Shown here: positions 9,632-19,924 of the stretch, piece after piece | Layout of the letters: each line of letters begins with the position of its first letter | Numbering within the stretch: position 1 is the first letter of the stretch | NCBI GenBank assembly: GCA_023247275.1 | Contig: JAHFGT010000003.1 | Location: 1 to 63,024 of the forward strand | Length of the DNA stretch: 63,024 nucleotides | Reading direction: 5' to 3' | Origin: Candidatus Omnitrophota bacterium | GTDB taxonomy: Bacteria > Omnitrophota > Gorgyraeia > Aquiviventales > Aquiviventaceae | Position numbers and translations under genes: made by a program | The notes under the pieces: generated by a model | The model's input: only the letters and a program-made list of their open reading frames with translations | Told to the model about the DNA's origin: nothing | Database searches by the model: none

Positions 9632-10261
9632 ATGGCTCGATACACCGGTCCGTCGTGTCGTCTGTGCCGTCGAGAAGGGATGAAGCTGTTCCTCAAAGGC
9701 ACGAAGTGTTTCACCCCAAAGTGTCCGGTTGAAAAGCGGGCGTTTCCTCCGGGCCAGCATGGGCAAATGCGGGTCAAGCTGTCCGACTACGGGATCCAGC
9801 TGCGCGAGAAGCAAAAGGTGAAGCGGATCTATGGCGTTCTCGAGCGGCAGTTTAAGAACTATTTCGTGATCGCGCACAAAGCAAAGGGTGTCACCGGCCA
9901 GCAGCTGCTCGAGATGCTGGAACGCCGTTTGGACAACATCGTCTACCGAATCGGATTTGCGACCTCGCGCCATGAAGGGCGACAGTTCGTGCGGCATCGA
10001 GCGGTCGCGGTCAATGGCCGGGTGGTCGACATCCCGTCCTACCAGGTACAGGTCAACGACGTCGTGCAAATTGTGCCCCACCGCAGTGGCCAACTCGCAC
10101 GGGTCAAACAGAATCTTGATCGAACCAAAGACCGGCCTGGCCCAGCGTGGATCCAGGTCGATGCGGCGCATGCTCAAGGGGTGATTACCCGGATGCCGCA
10201 GAAGGATGATATCGGGCTTCCGATTCAAGAACAGCTCGTGGTGGAACTGTATTCGAAGTAA
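9632..10261 (+). CDS. rpsD: 30S ribosomal protein S4 (Cys4 type)
   Basis: Starts MARYTGPSCRLCRREGMKLFLKGTKCFTPKCP.. Confidence 0.95.
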   Translation: MARYTGPSCRLCRREGMKLFLKGTKCFTPKCPVEKRAFPPGQHGQMRVKLSDYGIQLREKQKVKRIYGVLERQFKNYFVIAHKAKGVTGQQLLEMLERRLDNIVYRIGFATSRHEGRQFVRHRAVAVNGRVVDIPSYQVQVNDVVQIVPHRSGQLARVKQNLDRTKDRPGPAWIQVDAAHAQGVITRMPQKDDIGLPIQEQLVVELYSK

Positions 10262-10276
10262 TCTGGAGGGAACTGC

Positions 10277-11275
10277 ATGGGAACGCTCTGGCGTGATTTT
10301 GCGACTCCGAAGCAGCTGGCGTGTGATGAGGAGACTCAGACCGACACCTACGGAAAATTCGTCGCTGAGCCGTTTGAGCGGGGCTATGGGATGACGATCG
10401 GGAACAGCCTCCGCCGCGTGCTCCTCTCGTCGATCGAAGGGGCTGCCGTAACCTCGTTGAAGATTGATGGCGTGCTCCATGAGTTCAGCGCGATCCCGGG
10501 CGTGCTGGAGGATGTCACACAGATCGTCCTCAACATCAAGCAGCTCGTCCTGCGGGCGCATTCACGCCAACCGAAAACGCTGGTGATCGAAAAGGACAAG
10601 AAAGGCCCGGTGACCGCCGGAGATCTGCAGGTTGATGAAACGATCGAGGTGATCAATCCTGACCTACAACTCTGCACGTTGACCAAAACCGGAAAGTTTC
10701 GGATGGAACTGGAAATCAGCCGTGGTCGCGGGTATGTGCCGGCCGAAAAGCATAAGAAGGACGGGCAGCCGATCGGCATGATTCCGGTGGATGCGCTCTT
10801 CTCTCCAGTTAAGCGCGTCAATTTCATGGTGGAGGACACGCGCGTCGGGCAAGTCACCGACTATGACCGGCTGCTCCTCGAGATTTGGACCAACGGCTCG
10901 ATGACGCCAAAGGATTCGTTGCTCTATGCCTCCAATATCCTCCAACGACACCTTGACCTGTTCGTGAACTACGGCAGCCTGCCGGAGGAACCAGAAGAGG
11001 AACAGCCTCAAGCGGTTGACGAGGAGCTCCAGGAAAAATTGAAGACCCCAATCTCCGAGCTGGAACTGTCCGTGCGCTCGGCGAATTGTCTGCGGGAAGC
11101 GAAGATCCACACCATTGGCGAGCTGGTCGAGAAGAGCCCGCAAGAGCTCTTGAAATATCGCAACTTCGGCAAGAAATCGCTTGCCGAAATTGAAGAGCTG
11201 CTCAAGGGCATGGGCTTGTCGCTGGGTCCGTTACCGAACGCAGAGAAAGGCGCGCCCCAGCAAGCCTCGTCCTAG
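10277..11275 (+). CDS. rpoA: DNA-directed RNA polymerase subunit alpha
   Basis: Contains ..[24 protein letters not shown].. C-terminal domain has ..[23 protein letters not shown].. Confidence 0.95.
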   Translation: MGTLWRDFATPKQLACDEETQTDTYGKFVAEPFERGYGMTIGNSLRRVLLSSIEGAAVTSLKIDGVLHEFSAIPGVLEDVTQIVLNIKQLVLRAHSRQPKTLVIEKDKKGPVTAGDLQVDETIEVINPDLQLCTLTKTGKFRMELEISRGRGYVPAEKHKKDGQPIGMIPVDALFSPVKRVNFMVEDTRVGQVTDYDRLLLEIWTNGSMTPKDSLLYASNILQRHLDLFVNYGSLPEEPEEEQPQAVDEELQEKLKTPISELELSVRSANCLREAKIHTIGELVEKSPQELLKYRNFGKKSLAEIEELLKGMGLSLGPLPNAEKGAPQQASS

Positions 11276-11308
11276 GCGAGCACCCGCTGATCGCGACGAG
11301 ACGCCCCT

Positions 11309-11839
11309 ATGCGACACGCCACACAGAGCCAACGATTATCACGTCCCAGCGCGCATCGCCAGGCGTTGGTCCATGGACTCGTGAAGGGGTTGATGGTCCA
11401 TGGCCAGGTGCGCACCACGCTCGCAAGAGCCAAGCAAGCCCAGCGACTCGCTGACCGATTGGTCACTCTTGGGAAAGAAGGCAGTCTCCACTCGCGGCGG
11501 CAAGCCTACCGGGTGCTACAAGATCGCAGCCTGGTGAAACAACTGTTCGGAGACATTGCCCCCCGATTTATCGACTTGCCAGGCGGGTACACCCGTGTGT
11601 TGAAATTGTCGTTCCGCCGTGGCGATGGCGCACAAGAAGCCGTGTTGGCCCTGAGCCGATTGCCTGCGGCCCAGCCGGCTATGCCCAGCGGCAAAGCCGC
11701 ACCAGCAGAGCCCAAGCCGACTGGAGGTCCCTCAACGCCTGAGGCAGAGAAAACCGAACACACCAAGAAACCGAAGGGATTTTTTGAAGGGCTGCGTGGA
11801 CTATGGACACGTAAGAAGAAGGGGAGCGCGGCCTCCTGA
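11309..11839 (+). CDS. rplQ: 50S ribosomal protein L17 with about 55-aa Pro/Ala/Lys-rich C-terminal extension
   Basis: Starts MRHATQSQRLSRPSAHRQALV.. and contains ..GGYTRVLKL.. Confidence 0.93.
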   Translation: MRHATQSQRLSRPSAHRQALVHGLVKGLMVHGQVRTTLARAKQAQRLADRLVTLGKEGSLHSRRQAYRVLQDRSLVKQLFGDIAPRFIDLPGGYTRVLKLSFRRGDGAQEAVLALSRLPAAQPAMPSGKAAPAEPKPTGGPSTPEAEKTEHTKKPKGFFEGLRGLWTRKKKGSAAS

Positions 11840-11845
11840 TCATCG

Positions 11846-11892
11846 GGGACAGCTATCCCTGCGCATTGTCACGCATCAGGGATGGCTGTCCC
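11846..11892 (+). terminator. Long hairpin after rplQ (possible operon terminator, weak T tract)
   Basis: GGGACAGCTATCCCTG-N15-CAGGGATGGCTGTCCC forms a 16-bp stem with one mismatch, followed by TTCGTTC. Confidence 0.4.
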
Positions 11893-11927
11893 TTCGTTCA
11901 CAAGTGGCCACAGGGTGAGACAAAGAG

Positions 11928-13121
11928 ATGGGCAAGAGTTGCGGCATGAACACGCGAACCCTGGCAGACCGTCTACAGGACATTGAAGCGTCTCCGACCC
12001 TTGCTCTAGACCAGGCTGCCAAGGCCTTGGCGAAGGCTGGCAAACCGGTCTTGAACCTCACCGCCGGCGAACCAGATGCTCCGACGCCTGAACATGTCAA
12101 GCAGGCTGGGATACAGGCGATCCAGTCCAATCGCACCACCTATACGCCAGTCGCCGGAATCGCTGAGTTGCGATCCGCCATCACCACGACAGCTCAGCAC
12201 AACTGCGGGGTCGCGTATCAGCCTTCGCAAGTACTGGTGTCCTGCGGCGCGAAGCATTCGCTCTACAATATTTTTCAGACGCTGTGCCAACCTGGCGACG
12301 AGGTCATCATCTTTGCGCCGTACTGGGTCAGCTATCCGCCATTGGTTCGCCTGGCCGGTGCCACACCGATTCTTCTCCCCACGAAAGAATCTGACGGGTT
12401 CATGCCCGACGTCGCGTCCATCCGAGCGGCACTCACCCATTCCACCAAGGCGATCATCCTCAATAGCCCAGGCAATCCAACCGGAGCCGTGATCGACGAA
12501 GCGCGGCTGGCCGAAATCGCAGCGCTCGCACAGACCCACCATCTCGTAGTTGTCACCGATGAGATTTATGACCAGCTGGTCTACCCACCGGCGCGTCATG
12601 TCTCCATCCTCCGCGTCGCCCCAGACCTGGCTGACCAAACCGTGCTGGTCGGCGGAGCGTCAAAGACCTATAGCATGACCGGCTGGCGGATCGGGTATGC
12701 CTTGGGACCCCAACCGTGGATTGAAGCCATGACCGCGCTGCAGAGCCACTCAACGTCCAACCCAACGTCCATCAGCCAGTACGCCGCGCTGGCCGCACTC
12801 ACCGGAGACCAGCAGCCTGTGGTCCGCATGCGGGATGAATTCCATCGACGACGAGATCGTCTGGTCCATGGCTTGAATCGCATTCCTGGATTGCGGTGTT
12901 TTCTGCCTGGCGGAGCCTTCTACGCCTGGTGTAACATTGCCGGACTTGGGCGATCGGCAAAGCAGGTGGCCGCGGAGTGGCTCGAGCAAACCTATGTCGC
13001 CGTCGTGCCAGGTGAAGGGTTCGGGGCAGCGGATTCGGTTCGATTCAGTTTCGCAGCGCCCATCGATGTCATCGATCAAGCCGTGCAGCGGCTGAGCGGC
13101 TGGGCCACCACACACTCGTGA
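11928..13121 (+). CDS. Class I pyridoxal-phosphate aminotransferase (aspartate aminotransferase-like)
   Basis: Contains ..LNLTAGEPD.., ..NSPGNPTG.. and ..GASKTYSMTGWRIGY.. (PLP lysine motif). Confidence 0.85.
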   Translation: MGKSCGMNTRTLADRLQDIEASPTLALDQAAKALAKAGKPVLNLTAGEPDAPTPEHVKQAGIQAIQSNRTTYTPVAGIAELRSAITTTAQHNCGVAYQPSQVLVSCGAKHSLYNIFQTLCQPGDEVIIFAPYWVSYPPLVRLAGATPILLPTKESDGFMPDVASIRAALTHSTKAIILNSPGNPTGAVIDEARLAEIAALAQTHHLVVVTDEIYDQLVYPPARHVSILRVAPDLADQTVLVGGASKTYSMTGWRIGYALGPQPWIEAMTALQSHSTSNPTSISQYAALAALTGDQQPVVRMRDEFHRRRDRLVHGLNRIPGLRCFLPGGAFYAWCNIAGLGRSAKQVAAEWLEQTYVAVVPGEGFGAADSVRFSFAAPIDVIDQAVQRLSGWATTHS

Positions 13122-13128
13122 GCAGATC

Positions 13129-14235
13129 ATGCCCCGTGTAACCTTTATTCCAGGTGATGGGATCGGACCTGAAGTGGCTTGGGCGGCTCGCCATTGTCTC
13201 GACGCCACCGGCGTCCGGTTTCACTGGGAAGAGCAGCTCGCTGGTGAGGGGGCGCTCAAGCAGTTCAACACGCCGTTGCCCCCACAAACCTTGGAGTCGG
13301 TGCGCAAGAACCGGGTGGCGATCAAGGGACCGATCACGACCCCGATCGGCACCGGGTTTCGCTCAGTGAATGTCGCCTTGCGCAGAGAGTTGAATCTCTT
13401 CGCTTGCGTCCGACCCTGTCGAACGTTTGCCGGGGTGCGCTCGCCATTCCAGAGTGTGGACCTGGTCATCGTCCGCGAAAATACCGAGGATCTGTATGCC
13501 GGGATCGAATTCGCCGCTGGTGAGCTAGCCACCACGCAGTTGATCATGCAGTTGACCACCTTGTCCAAACAACCGATCCAGCCAGATGCCGCGATCAGTA
13601 TCAAACCGATTTCCACGACGGCAAGTGAGCGAATCGTCCGGTTCGCGTTCGACTATGCGCTCGGCCACGGACGCAAGAAAGTGACAGCGGTCCATAAAGC
13701 CAATATCATGAAATTCACCGATGGCCTGTTTATGGAGACCGCGCGACGTGTCGCTAAGGCGTATGACGGGTGTGTCGCGTTTGAAGATCGGTTGGTGGAC
13801 GCGACCTGCATGCAATTGGTCCTGAAACCAAAAGAGTTTGATGTGTTGGTACTGCCGAATCTGTATGGGGATATCCTGTCTGATTTGTGCGCCGGATTGG
13901 TGGGGGGCTTAGGGGTCGCCCCAGGGGCGAACATCGGTGACGGGGTGGCCGTGTTCGAAGCGGTCCATGGCAGCGCGCCCAAATATGCTGGACTCAACAA
14001 GGTCAACCCGACGGCGATGATTCTTTCTGGTGTCATGTTGCTGCGCCACATCGGCGAAGCCGACGCGGCAGACCGGTTGGAAACCGCGGTGGAATCGATC
14101 CTCCGCGAAGGCCGCTCGGTCACGTATGATCTCAAAACAGAACGCAACGATCCGACTGCGGTGGGCACCAAGGAAATGGCTGACGCGATCATTGCACGGA
14201 TGCGATCACCTCGTCGTGATGAGACGCTATCCTGA
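13129..14235 (+). CDS. Isocitrate/isopropylmalate dehydrogenase family protein (NAD-IDH/homoisocitrate DH-like)
   Basis: Contains ..IPGDGIGPEV.., ..GFRSVNVALRRELNLFACVRP.., ..VRENTEDLYAG.. and ..NLYGDILSDL.. Confidence 0.8.
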   Translation: MPRVTFIPGDGIGPEVAWAARHCLDATGVRFHWEEQLAGEGALKQFNTPLPPQTLESVRKNRVAIKGPITTPIGTGFRSVNVALRRELNLFACVRPCRTFAGVRSPFQSVDLVIVRENTEDLYAGIEFAAGELATTQLIMQLTTLSKQPIQPDAAISIKPISTTASERIVRFAFDYALGHGRKKVTAVHKANIMKFTDGLFMETARRVAKAYDGCVAFEDRLVDATCMQLVLKPKEFDVLVLPNLYGDILSDLCAGLVGGLGVAPGANIGDGVAVFEAVHGSAPKYAGLNKVNPTAMILSGVMLLRHIGEADAADRLETAVESILREGRSVTYDLKTERNDPTAVGTKEMADAIIARMRSPRRDETLS

Positions 14236-15103
14236 TTGGCTGAAGCAGTCGTTCTCTCCGAACGGGACAGCCCGTGAAGTCAAAACGTTGGTGCATGATC
14301 TGAATCTTGTCACGGTGTGCGAGAGCGCTCTCTGCCCGAATTTGCAGGAGTGCTACAGTCAGCGCCAGCTGACGTTCATGATCCTGGGCGACACCTGTAC
14401 GCGCAGCTGCCGGTTTTGCGCGGTGCCGCATGGACGACCGGCATCGGCCAGCGCCGATGAGCCACAGCGGATCGCCGAAGCGGTCCACCGATTGCGATTG
14501 CGGCATGCTGTGATCACCTCGGTGGCTCGCGATGATTTGCCGGATGAGGGCGCTGGCCATTTTGTCCGCGTGCTCCAGGCGGTCCGAGCCCGCAACCCTG
14601 GAGTCACGCTAGAGATTCTCGTACCAGATTTCCACGATCGAGCGCCACTCATCGAGCAGGTCATGCGCGAGGGACATCCAGAGGTGTTCGCGCACAACGT
14701 TGAGACGATTGAACGTTTGTCGCCGATGCTACGTCCCCAGGCGAGTTATCCCCGGTCCTTGCGGGTGCTGCGTCGGGCTGCGGATCTCCAGACGAGCAGT
14801 CTGATTAAATCCAGCGTGATGGTCGGACTCGGAGAGACGCTGGAAGAGTTGCGCCACACCATCGACGATCTCGTGCACGCGGGCGTCACCCATTTGACGA
14901 TCGGTCAATATCTCCAGCCGGATTCAGACCATGTGCCGGTGATGGAGTATGTCAGCCCACAACGGTTTGGTCTGTACGAGGCGTTGGCGTATGAGTACGG
15001 CTTGCGCTGGGTGAAAGCCGGACCGTTCGTGCGCAGTTCGTATCACGCGGTCGACGCGGTTGATGCGCAACGTGCCCCATCACCAATTCACGCGCTGTCA
15101 TGA
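14219..15103 (+). CDS. lipA: Lipoyl synthase
   Basis: ATG 14219 (alternative GTG 14216). Contains CESALCPNLQEC plus the radical-SAM motif CTRSCRFC. Confidence 0.9.
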   Translation: MRRYPDWLKQSFSPNGTAREVKTLVHDLNLVTVCESALCPNLQECYSQRQLTFMILGDTCTRSCRFCAVPHGRPASASADEPQRIAEAVHRLRLRHAVITSVARDDLPDEGAGHFVRVLQAVRARNPGVTLEILVPDFHDRAPLIEQVMREGHPEVFAHNVETIERLSPMLRPQASYPRSLRVLRRAADLQTSSLIKSSVMVGLGETLEELRHTIDDLVHAGVTHLTIGQYLQPDSDHVPVMEYVSPQRFGLYEALAYEYGLRWVKAGPFVRSSYHAVDAVDAQRAPSPIHALS

Positions 15104-16416
15104 GGAGTCGCCAGACACCGATGAAATCAGGTTCACGAGCACACGCAGGCAATGGCGCGCTCATCCAGCGCGTCCAACGGCATCTCCGCGAGCGCAGCCG
15201 CCTGGAACAACGGCGCAACAGCCGTCGGCTATTCCATGAAGCGAACCGTCTGCGCCGGCTGCCACTGTATCTGTTCACCATCCTGGATGAGCTCAAGGCG
15301 CAGGCCCAAGCCCGTGGAATCAACGTAATCGATCTGGGCATGGGAAACCCGGATTTGCCTCCACCGAGGAATGTCGTCCGAGAACTCGTCACACAGGTGC
15401 AGCGCAGCGAGAACCACCGGTACTCGCGCAAGGGCGGAGATGTCGAACGCAAGCTCAACCAGACGATCGCCCAGTGGTACCATCGTAAATTCACCGTCAC
15501 CCTGGATCCAACCACCGAAGTCTTGCCACTGATTGGCTCCAAAGAAGGTATCTCACATTTGTCGTTGGCATTCTTGAACCATGACGATATTGCGTTGGTG
15601 CCGAATCCAACCTACCCGGTACATTTCAACGGCGTTGTGATGGCCGGTGGGGTGCTCTATAGCCTGCCCATCCACCCAGAGACCAACTTCCTACCGGATC
15701 TGAAGGCGATTCCTCGCAGCGTGCTGAAACAGTCAAAGATGCTGTTCTTGAGTTACCCGCACAACCCCACGACCGCGGTCGCGGATCTTGCGTTCTTTCG
15801 CCAGGTGGTCGCCTGGGCCAAACAGCATCGGATCATGGTCGTCCACGACTTCGCGTACTCCGATTTTGTGTTCGACGGATTGCGCGCGCCCAGCATCCTC
15901 GAGATCCCAGGAGCCAAAGAGGTCGCGGTCGAGTTCCACACCCTCTCGAAGTCGTACAGTCTGCCTGGCCTGCGACTTGGGTTTGCCGTCGGGAACCAGG
16001 ACGTATTGGCCTCGCTTGCGAAGACCAAGAGTTACATCGACTTTGGGATTTTTCGCGCGGTGCAGTGGGCAGCGATTGAAGCCTTGAGCGGACCACAGGA
16101 GTATGTGCGGGAGGCGATCGCCCTGTACGAGCGACGCCGAAACGTGTTCCTCGCTGGATTGAAGCAGATCGGCTGGGATCTGGCCATCCCGAAGGGCACG
16201 TTCTACGTGTGGGCGAAACTCCCGCTCAAATACAGCGCGCTTACCTCGCTGGAATTTGCCACCCTCCTGGTGCAGGAGGCTGGCGTCGTGGTCGCTCCAG
16301 GCAGCGGATTTGGTGAATATGGGGAAGGATGTGTTCGGTTCGCCTTGGTCGAGCCAGAGCGTCGGCTTCAACAAGCGGTCAAGCGGATCGCCAAGGTCCT
16401 CCAGATGGGCGATTGA
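15100..16416 (+). CDS. Class I/II aminotransferase (LL-diaminopimelate/alanine aminotransferase-like); Arg-rich N-terminal extension
   Basis: ATGA overlap with the lipA stop. Contains ..LPLYLFTILDEL.., ..GMGNPDLPPP.., ..YPHNPT.. and ..LSKSYSLPGLRLGF.. Confidence 0.78.
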   Translation: MRSRQTPMKSGSRAHAGNGALIQRVQRHLRERSRLEQRRNSRRLFHEANRLRRLPLYLFTILDELKAQAQARGINVIDLGMGNPDLPPPRNVVRELVTQVQRSENHRYSRKGGDVERKLNQTIAQWYHRKFTVTLDPTTEVLPLIGSKEGISHLSLAFLNHDDIALVPNPTYPVHFNGVVMAGGVLYSLPIHPETNFLPDLKAIPRSVLKQSKMLFLSYPHNPTTAVADLAFFRQVVAWAKQHRIMVVHDFAYSDFVFDGLRAPSILEIPGAKEVAVEFHTLSKSYSLPGLRLGFAVGNQDVLASLAKTKSYIDFGIFRAVQWAAIEALSGPQEYVREAIALYERRRNVFLAGLKQIGWDLAIPKGTFYVWAKLPLKYSALTSLEFATLLVQEAGVVVAPGSGFGEYGEGCVRFALVEPERRLQQAVKRIAKVLQMGD

Positions 16417-16554
16417 TCGATGGCTCAGCCAGGCGTTCGGCCGCGCGATCGCCGTCACGGAGGGCAGCTTAGGCATGACAAACCGCGTCGGCGTTCGTCG
16501 GCGCATCCTTGCTAACATCCGTCCCATTGCGGACGCCACGAACAGGCGTGACTG

Positions 16555-17742
16555 ATGGCGACACGCCGGTTCTTGCTTATCTATATCACCACCCACTCAG
16601 GTCATCATCGGGCGAGCGCGGCAATCGAACACACGTTGCTGCGTCTGGATCCGCACGCATCCGTGGTGGCCGTTGATGGGTTTCAGTACGTCAGCCCGTT
16701 GGTCCGCTGGGCAATCTCCCGCTCCTACTTCTCGCTGATTCGGCACCAACCCGATGTCTGGGAATACCTGTACGATAATCCTGTCGTTCATCGCCGCGTC
16801 CAACATCTGCGCGCCTTGCTGCATCGGTATCAAGCCGGAAAACTGCAACGACTCCTGGAGACCGTGCGTCCTGATGTGATTGCGTGCACACAGGCGTACC
16901 CGTGCGGAATCGTCGCAGATTTCAAAAAGCACCATCATCTCTCCATCCCGGTTGTGGGGATCCTCACCGATTACGCACCGCACCTGTACTGGTTCCATGA
17001 TACGGTAGACCTGTATGTCGTTCCGTCTGAACAGGTCAAACAACGATTTGTGATCAGCGGCGTCGCCGATCACCGGGTGCGTGTCACCGGAATCCCCATC
17101 GATCCGCGGTTCTTGGAGCGCCACGAACCTGAGGTGGTCGCACGCCAGTTCGATCTGACGCTCGATCAACCGATTATCCTGATCATGGGTGGAGGAGCTG
17201 GATTTGGCCGGATCCGAGAAATCGTCCTGAACCTGGATGGTCTGCCCAGCCGCTGCCAATTGGTCGTGTTGACCGGGACCAATCGCCCGTTGATGACCTG
17301 GGTACAGTCTCAACGGTTCCGTCATCGCGTGGTTCCTCTCAGCTATACGGATGAGGTGCACAAGCTCATGGAAATCGCCACCGTCCTGGTGAGCAAGCCA
17401 GGGGGGCTGACCACGTCCGAAGCGCTGGCGAAGCACTTACCGCTGATCATCGTCAATCCGATCCCTGGGCAGGAGGCGTATAATGCCCGCTTCTTGCTGT
17501 CGCAGGGAGCCGCGGTGCAGGCCTGGTCGCCAGAGGCGGTCCGACAAACGGTGCGGGACCTGTTGGACAATCCGGAACAGCTGCAGGCCTTACGACGTCG
17601 GAATGCGGAATTGTCGCATCCGAATGCCGCATTCGACATCGCCAAGTTGCTGATCGAATTGGCGGATCGCCCGCAGACCGGCCACCCCACCCCGCCGGTA
17701 GATCCCGGCCCGATTCACCTACGCGAAGCTGATCGACAATGA
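16555..17742 (+). CDS. MGDG-synthase-like / GT28 diacylglycerol glycosyltransferase
   Basis: N-terminal ..LLIYITTHSGHHRASAAIEH.. (MGDG synthase domain) with a C-terminal GT28 fold ..SKPGGLTTSEALA.. Confidence 0.78.
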   Translation: MATRRFLLIYITTHSGHHRASAAIEHTLLRLDPHASVVAVDGFQYVSPLVRWAISRSYFSLIRHQPDVWEYLYDNPVVHRRVQHLRALLHRYQAGKLQRLLETVRPDVIACTQAYPCGIVADFKKHHHLSIPVVGILTDYAPHLYWFHDTVDLYVVPSEQVKQRFVISGVADHRVRVTGIPIDPRFLERHEPEVVARQFDLTLDQPIILIMGGGAGFGRIREIVLNLDGLPSRCQLVVLTGTNRPLMTWVQSQRFRHRVVPLSYTDEVHKLMEIATVLVSKPGGLTTSEALAKHLPLIIVNPIPGQEAYNARFLLSQGAAVQAWSPEAVRQTVRDLLDNPEQLQALRRRNAELSHPNAAFDIAKLLIELADRPQTGHPTPPVDPGPIHLREADRQ

Positions 17743-18596
17743 CCATGAAATATCTGGCGTACCGACTGGCGCAACGGCTGAGCTGCGGACTCCCGCCACG
17801 GACCGCCTACCGCCTTGCTGAACAGCTTGCTGATCTGCAATGGCGCTGGTCTCAGATCGATCGAGCCGCGGTGCACGCCAATCTCTCCGTCGTGCTCAGG
17901 GGGCACGACACGTTGCTGCCATCGCTGGTACGGGAGACGTTCAGGAATTTTGGTCGATACCTCATCGAATTTTTCACGGCCCACATCCCGCAGCGATTCG
18001 AGATTACGGTGCAGGGCGGCGACGCGCTGGATCGCGCCGCTGACGCTCGCCGTGGCGTCATCATCTGGACTGGCCACCTGGGCAACTGGGAACTTGGCGC
18101 CATGACGTTGCAGCGGCTGGGGTGGCGCGTCGCGGCGATCGCGCTGCCGCATGATGACTCGCGCATGAACCGCCTGTTCGATCGGCAGCGCCAACGCTGC
18201 GGGGTTGAGGTGATCTCCTTAGGACCGCACGCCACGCGACACAGCCTCATGCACCTTGAGCAGGGCGGCCTGCTGGGGATCCTCGGCGACCGCGATTTCA
18301 CTGGCCGGACGGTTGATATCCGTTGCTGGGGTCGTCGCCTCGCCGTGCCGGCTGGGCCGGCGCTATTGAGCCTGCGACGGCAAACGCCCGTGGTCCCAGT
18401 CTTTCTCATCCGAGAAGGGCAGCAACGATTGCGCCTCCAGATCGAACCACCGATCTGGCCAACGCCGCTGGCCGGCCGCACGATTGCCACCGCAGTCCAG
18501 GAGCTGACGCAGCAGCTCGTCAGCGTCCTCGAGCGATACGTGACACGGTTTCCTGATCAATGGCTGGTCTTTCGCCCGTTGTTTCAATCGGCATGA
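17739..18596 (+). CDS. Lysophospholipid/lipid A acyltransferase (LpxL/HtrB family)
   Basis: ATGA overlap with the upstream gene. Contains ..TGHLGNWELG.. (HX4D-like region) and ..RFPDQWL.. Confidence 0.72.
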   Translation: MTMKYLAYRLAQRLSCGLPPRTAYRLAEQLADLQWRWSQIDRAAVHANLSVVLRGHDTLLPSLVRETFRNFGRYLIEFFTAHIPQRFEITVQGGDALDRAADARRGVIIWTGHLGNWELGAMTLQRLGWRVAAIALPHDDSRMNRLFDRQRQRCGVEVISLGPHATRHSLMHLEQGGLLGILGDRDFTGRTVDIRCWGRRLAVPAGPALLSLRRQTPVVPVFLIREGQQRLRLQIEPPIWPTPLAGRTIATAVQELTQQLVSVLERYVTRFPDQWLVFRPLFQSA

Positions 18597-19273
18597 CCCC
18601 ACGATACTGCGTGATCATCCCAGCGTTCCAGGCGGCGAAGACAATCGGCGAGTTGGTCCACCGCGTCAAGGCGCTTGGTCTGACGGTGGTCGTTGTGGAC
18701 GATGGGTCGCGCGATCAGACCGCCGCCATCGCGGCCCAGCAGGGCGCGTTGGTGATCAGCCATTTGCGCAATCAAGGGAAGGGGGCTGCGTTACGAACCG
18801 GTTTTGACTACGCGCTGCGGGGCCAGTTTGACGGCCTCATCACCATGGACAGCGATGGCCAGCATGATCCGGCTGAAATCGCTCATCTGATCCGGGCGGG
18901 GGAAGTCCAACACGCCGCGATCGTGCTGGGCAATCGCATGTCCAATGGCGCGGTCATGCCGCCGATCCGTCGACGAACCAACCAGCTCATGTCCCACATC
19001 ATATCCCGTGTGGCTCGTCAACTCATCCCGGATACGCAATGCGGCTTTCGGCTCATCCGCAAAGAAGTGCTGCACGATGTGCCGCTCCACGCCAAGCGGT
19101 TTGAGATCGAAACTGAACTGTTGTTGGCCGCCGCCGCCAAACGATGGAAAATCATTTCGGTGCCGGTGCGCAGCATCTACAGTGTGAACCACTCCAGCCA
19201 TATTCGCCCGCTTCGTGAGACGCTGCGATTCCTCAGCGTGATTGCGCGCTACGCCATTCGGCGAATGGGATGA
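18593..19273 (+). CDS. Family 2 glycosyltransferase
   Basis: ATG 18593 overlaps the upstream stop. Contains ..CVIIPAFQAAKTI.., ..VVVDDGSRDQT.. and ..TMDSDGQHDP.. Confidence 0.8.
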   Translation: MTPRYCVIIPAFQAAKTIGELVHRVKALGLTVVVVDDGSRDQTAAIAAQQGALVISHLRNQGKGAALRTGFDYALRGQFDGLITMDSDGQHDPAEIAHLIRAGEVQHAAIVLGNRMSNGAVMPPIRRRTNQLMSHIISRVARQLIPDTQCGFRLIRKEVLHDVPLHAKRFEIETELLLAAAAKRWKIISVPVRSIYSVNHSSHIRPLRETLRFLSVIARYAIRRMG

Positions 19274-19914
19274 ACTTTCATGCGCAACGCCAACGGATGG
19301 TGAGAGAACAGCTTCAGGCGCGCGGAATCACGGACGAACGCGTACTCGACACATTTCGAACCGTCCCCAGGCATCTGTTTGTTCCTGACCCGCTCACCAC
19401 AGAAGCGTACACCGACCACCCTCTCCCAATCGGCGCCGGACAGACCATCAGCCAGCCCTATATTGTCGCGGTGATGCTCCAAGCGCTCCAGCTTCAAGGC
19501 CATGAGCGTGTCTTGGAGATTGGCACCGGCTCTGGCTACCAAACTGCGATCCTGGCTGAGCTGGCCTTAGAGGTGTATTCGGTTGAACGACTGCCAGAGT
19601 TGTTGCCCCCGGTCGCTGAGCGCCTTGAACAACTTGGATATTCTAACGTCCACTTGGCCGCAGCCAATGGGTCGCTGGGATGGCCAGAGCACGCCCCGTA
19701 TGATGCCATGCTCGTCAGCGCCGCTGCACCGGATGTCCCTCCACCGCTGATCGACCAGCTCGCAGCACGTGGACGGATGGTCCTACCCATCGGGTCCCCT
19801 CAGCAACAGATGCTCACCGAAATAGAACACCGCCAGGGCACTCTCTCGCGCCGAGAGTTGGCCAGTTGTGTGTTCGTGCCGCTCCTGGGCGCCTACGGCT
19901 GGCCCTCCACATAG
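19270..19914 (+). CDS. pcm: Protein-L-isoaspartate O-methyltransferase
   Basis: ATGA overlap with the upstream gene. Contains ..QTISQPYIVA.. and ..VLEIGTGSGYQTA.. Confidence 0.9.
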   Translation: MNFHAQRQRMVREQLQARGITDERVLDTFRTVPRHLFVPDPLTTEAYTDHPLPIGAGQTISQPYIVAVMLQALQLQGHERVLEIGTGSGYQTAILAELALEVYSVERLPELLPPVAERLEQLGYSNVHLAAANGSLGWPEHAPYDAMLVSAAAPDVPPPLIDQLAARGRMVLPIGSPQQQMLTEIEHRQGTLSRRELASCVFVPLLGAYGWPST

Positions 19915-19924
19915 GGCTGCGACC

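Noticed and set aside
9608-10561. 317-aa minus-strand ORF opposite rpsD/rpoA. Many similar long antisense ORFs exist, for example 16597-17436, 42772-43671, 54610-55557 and 60345-61133.
   Set aside because: They lie antisense to strongly recognisable conserved genes. They are Arg/Pro/Gly-rich, as expected for shadow frames in high-GC DNA, and have no motifs.
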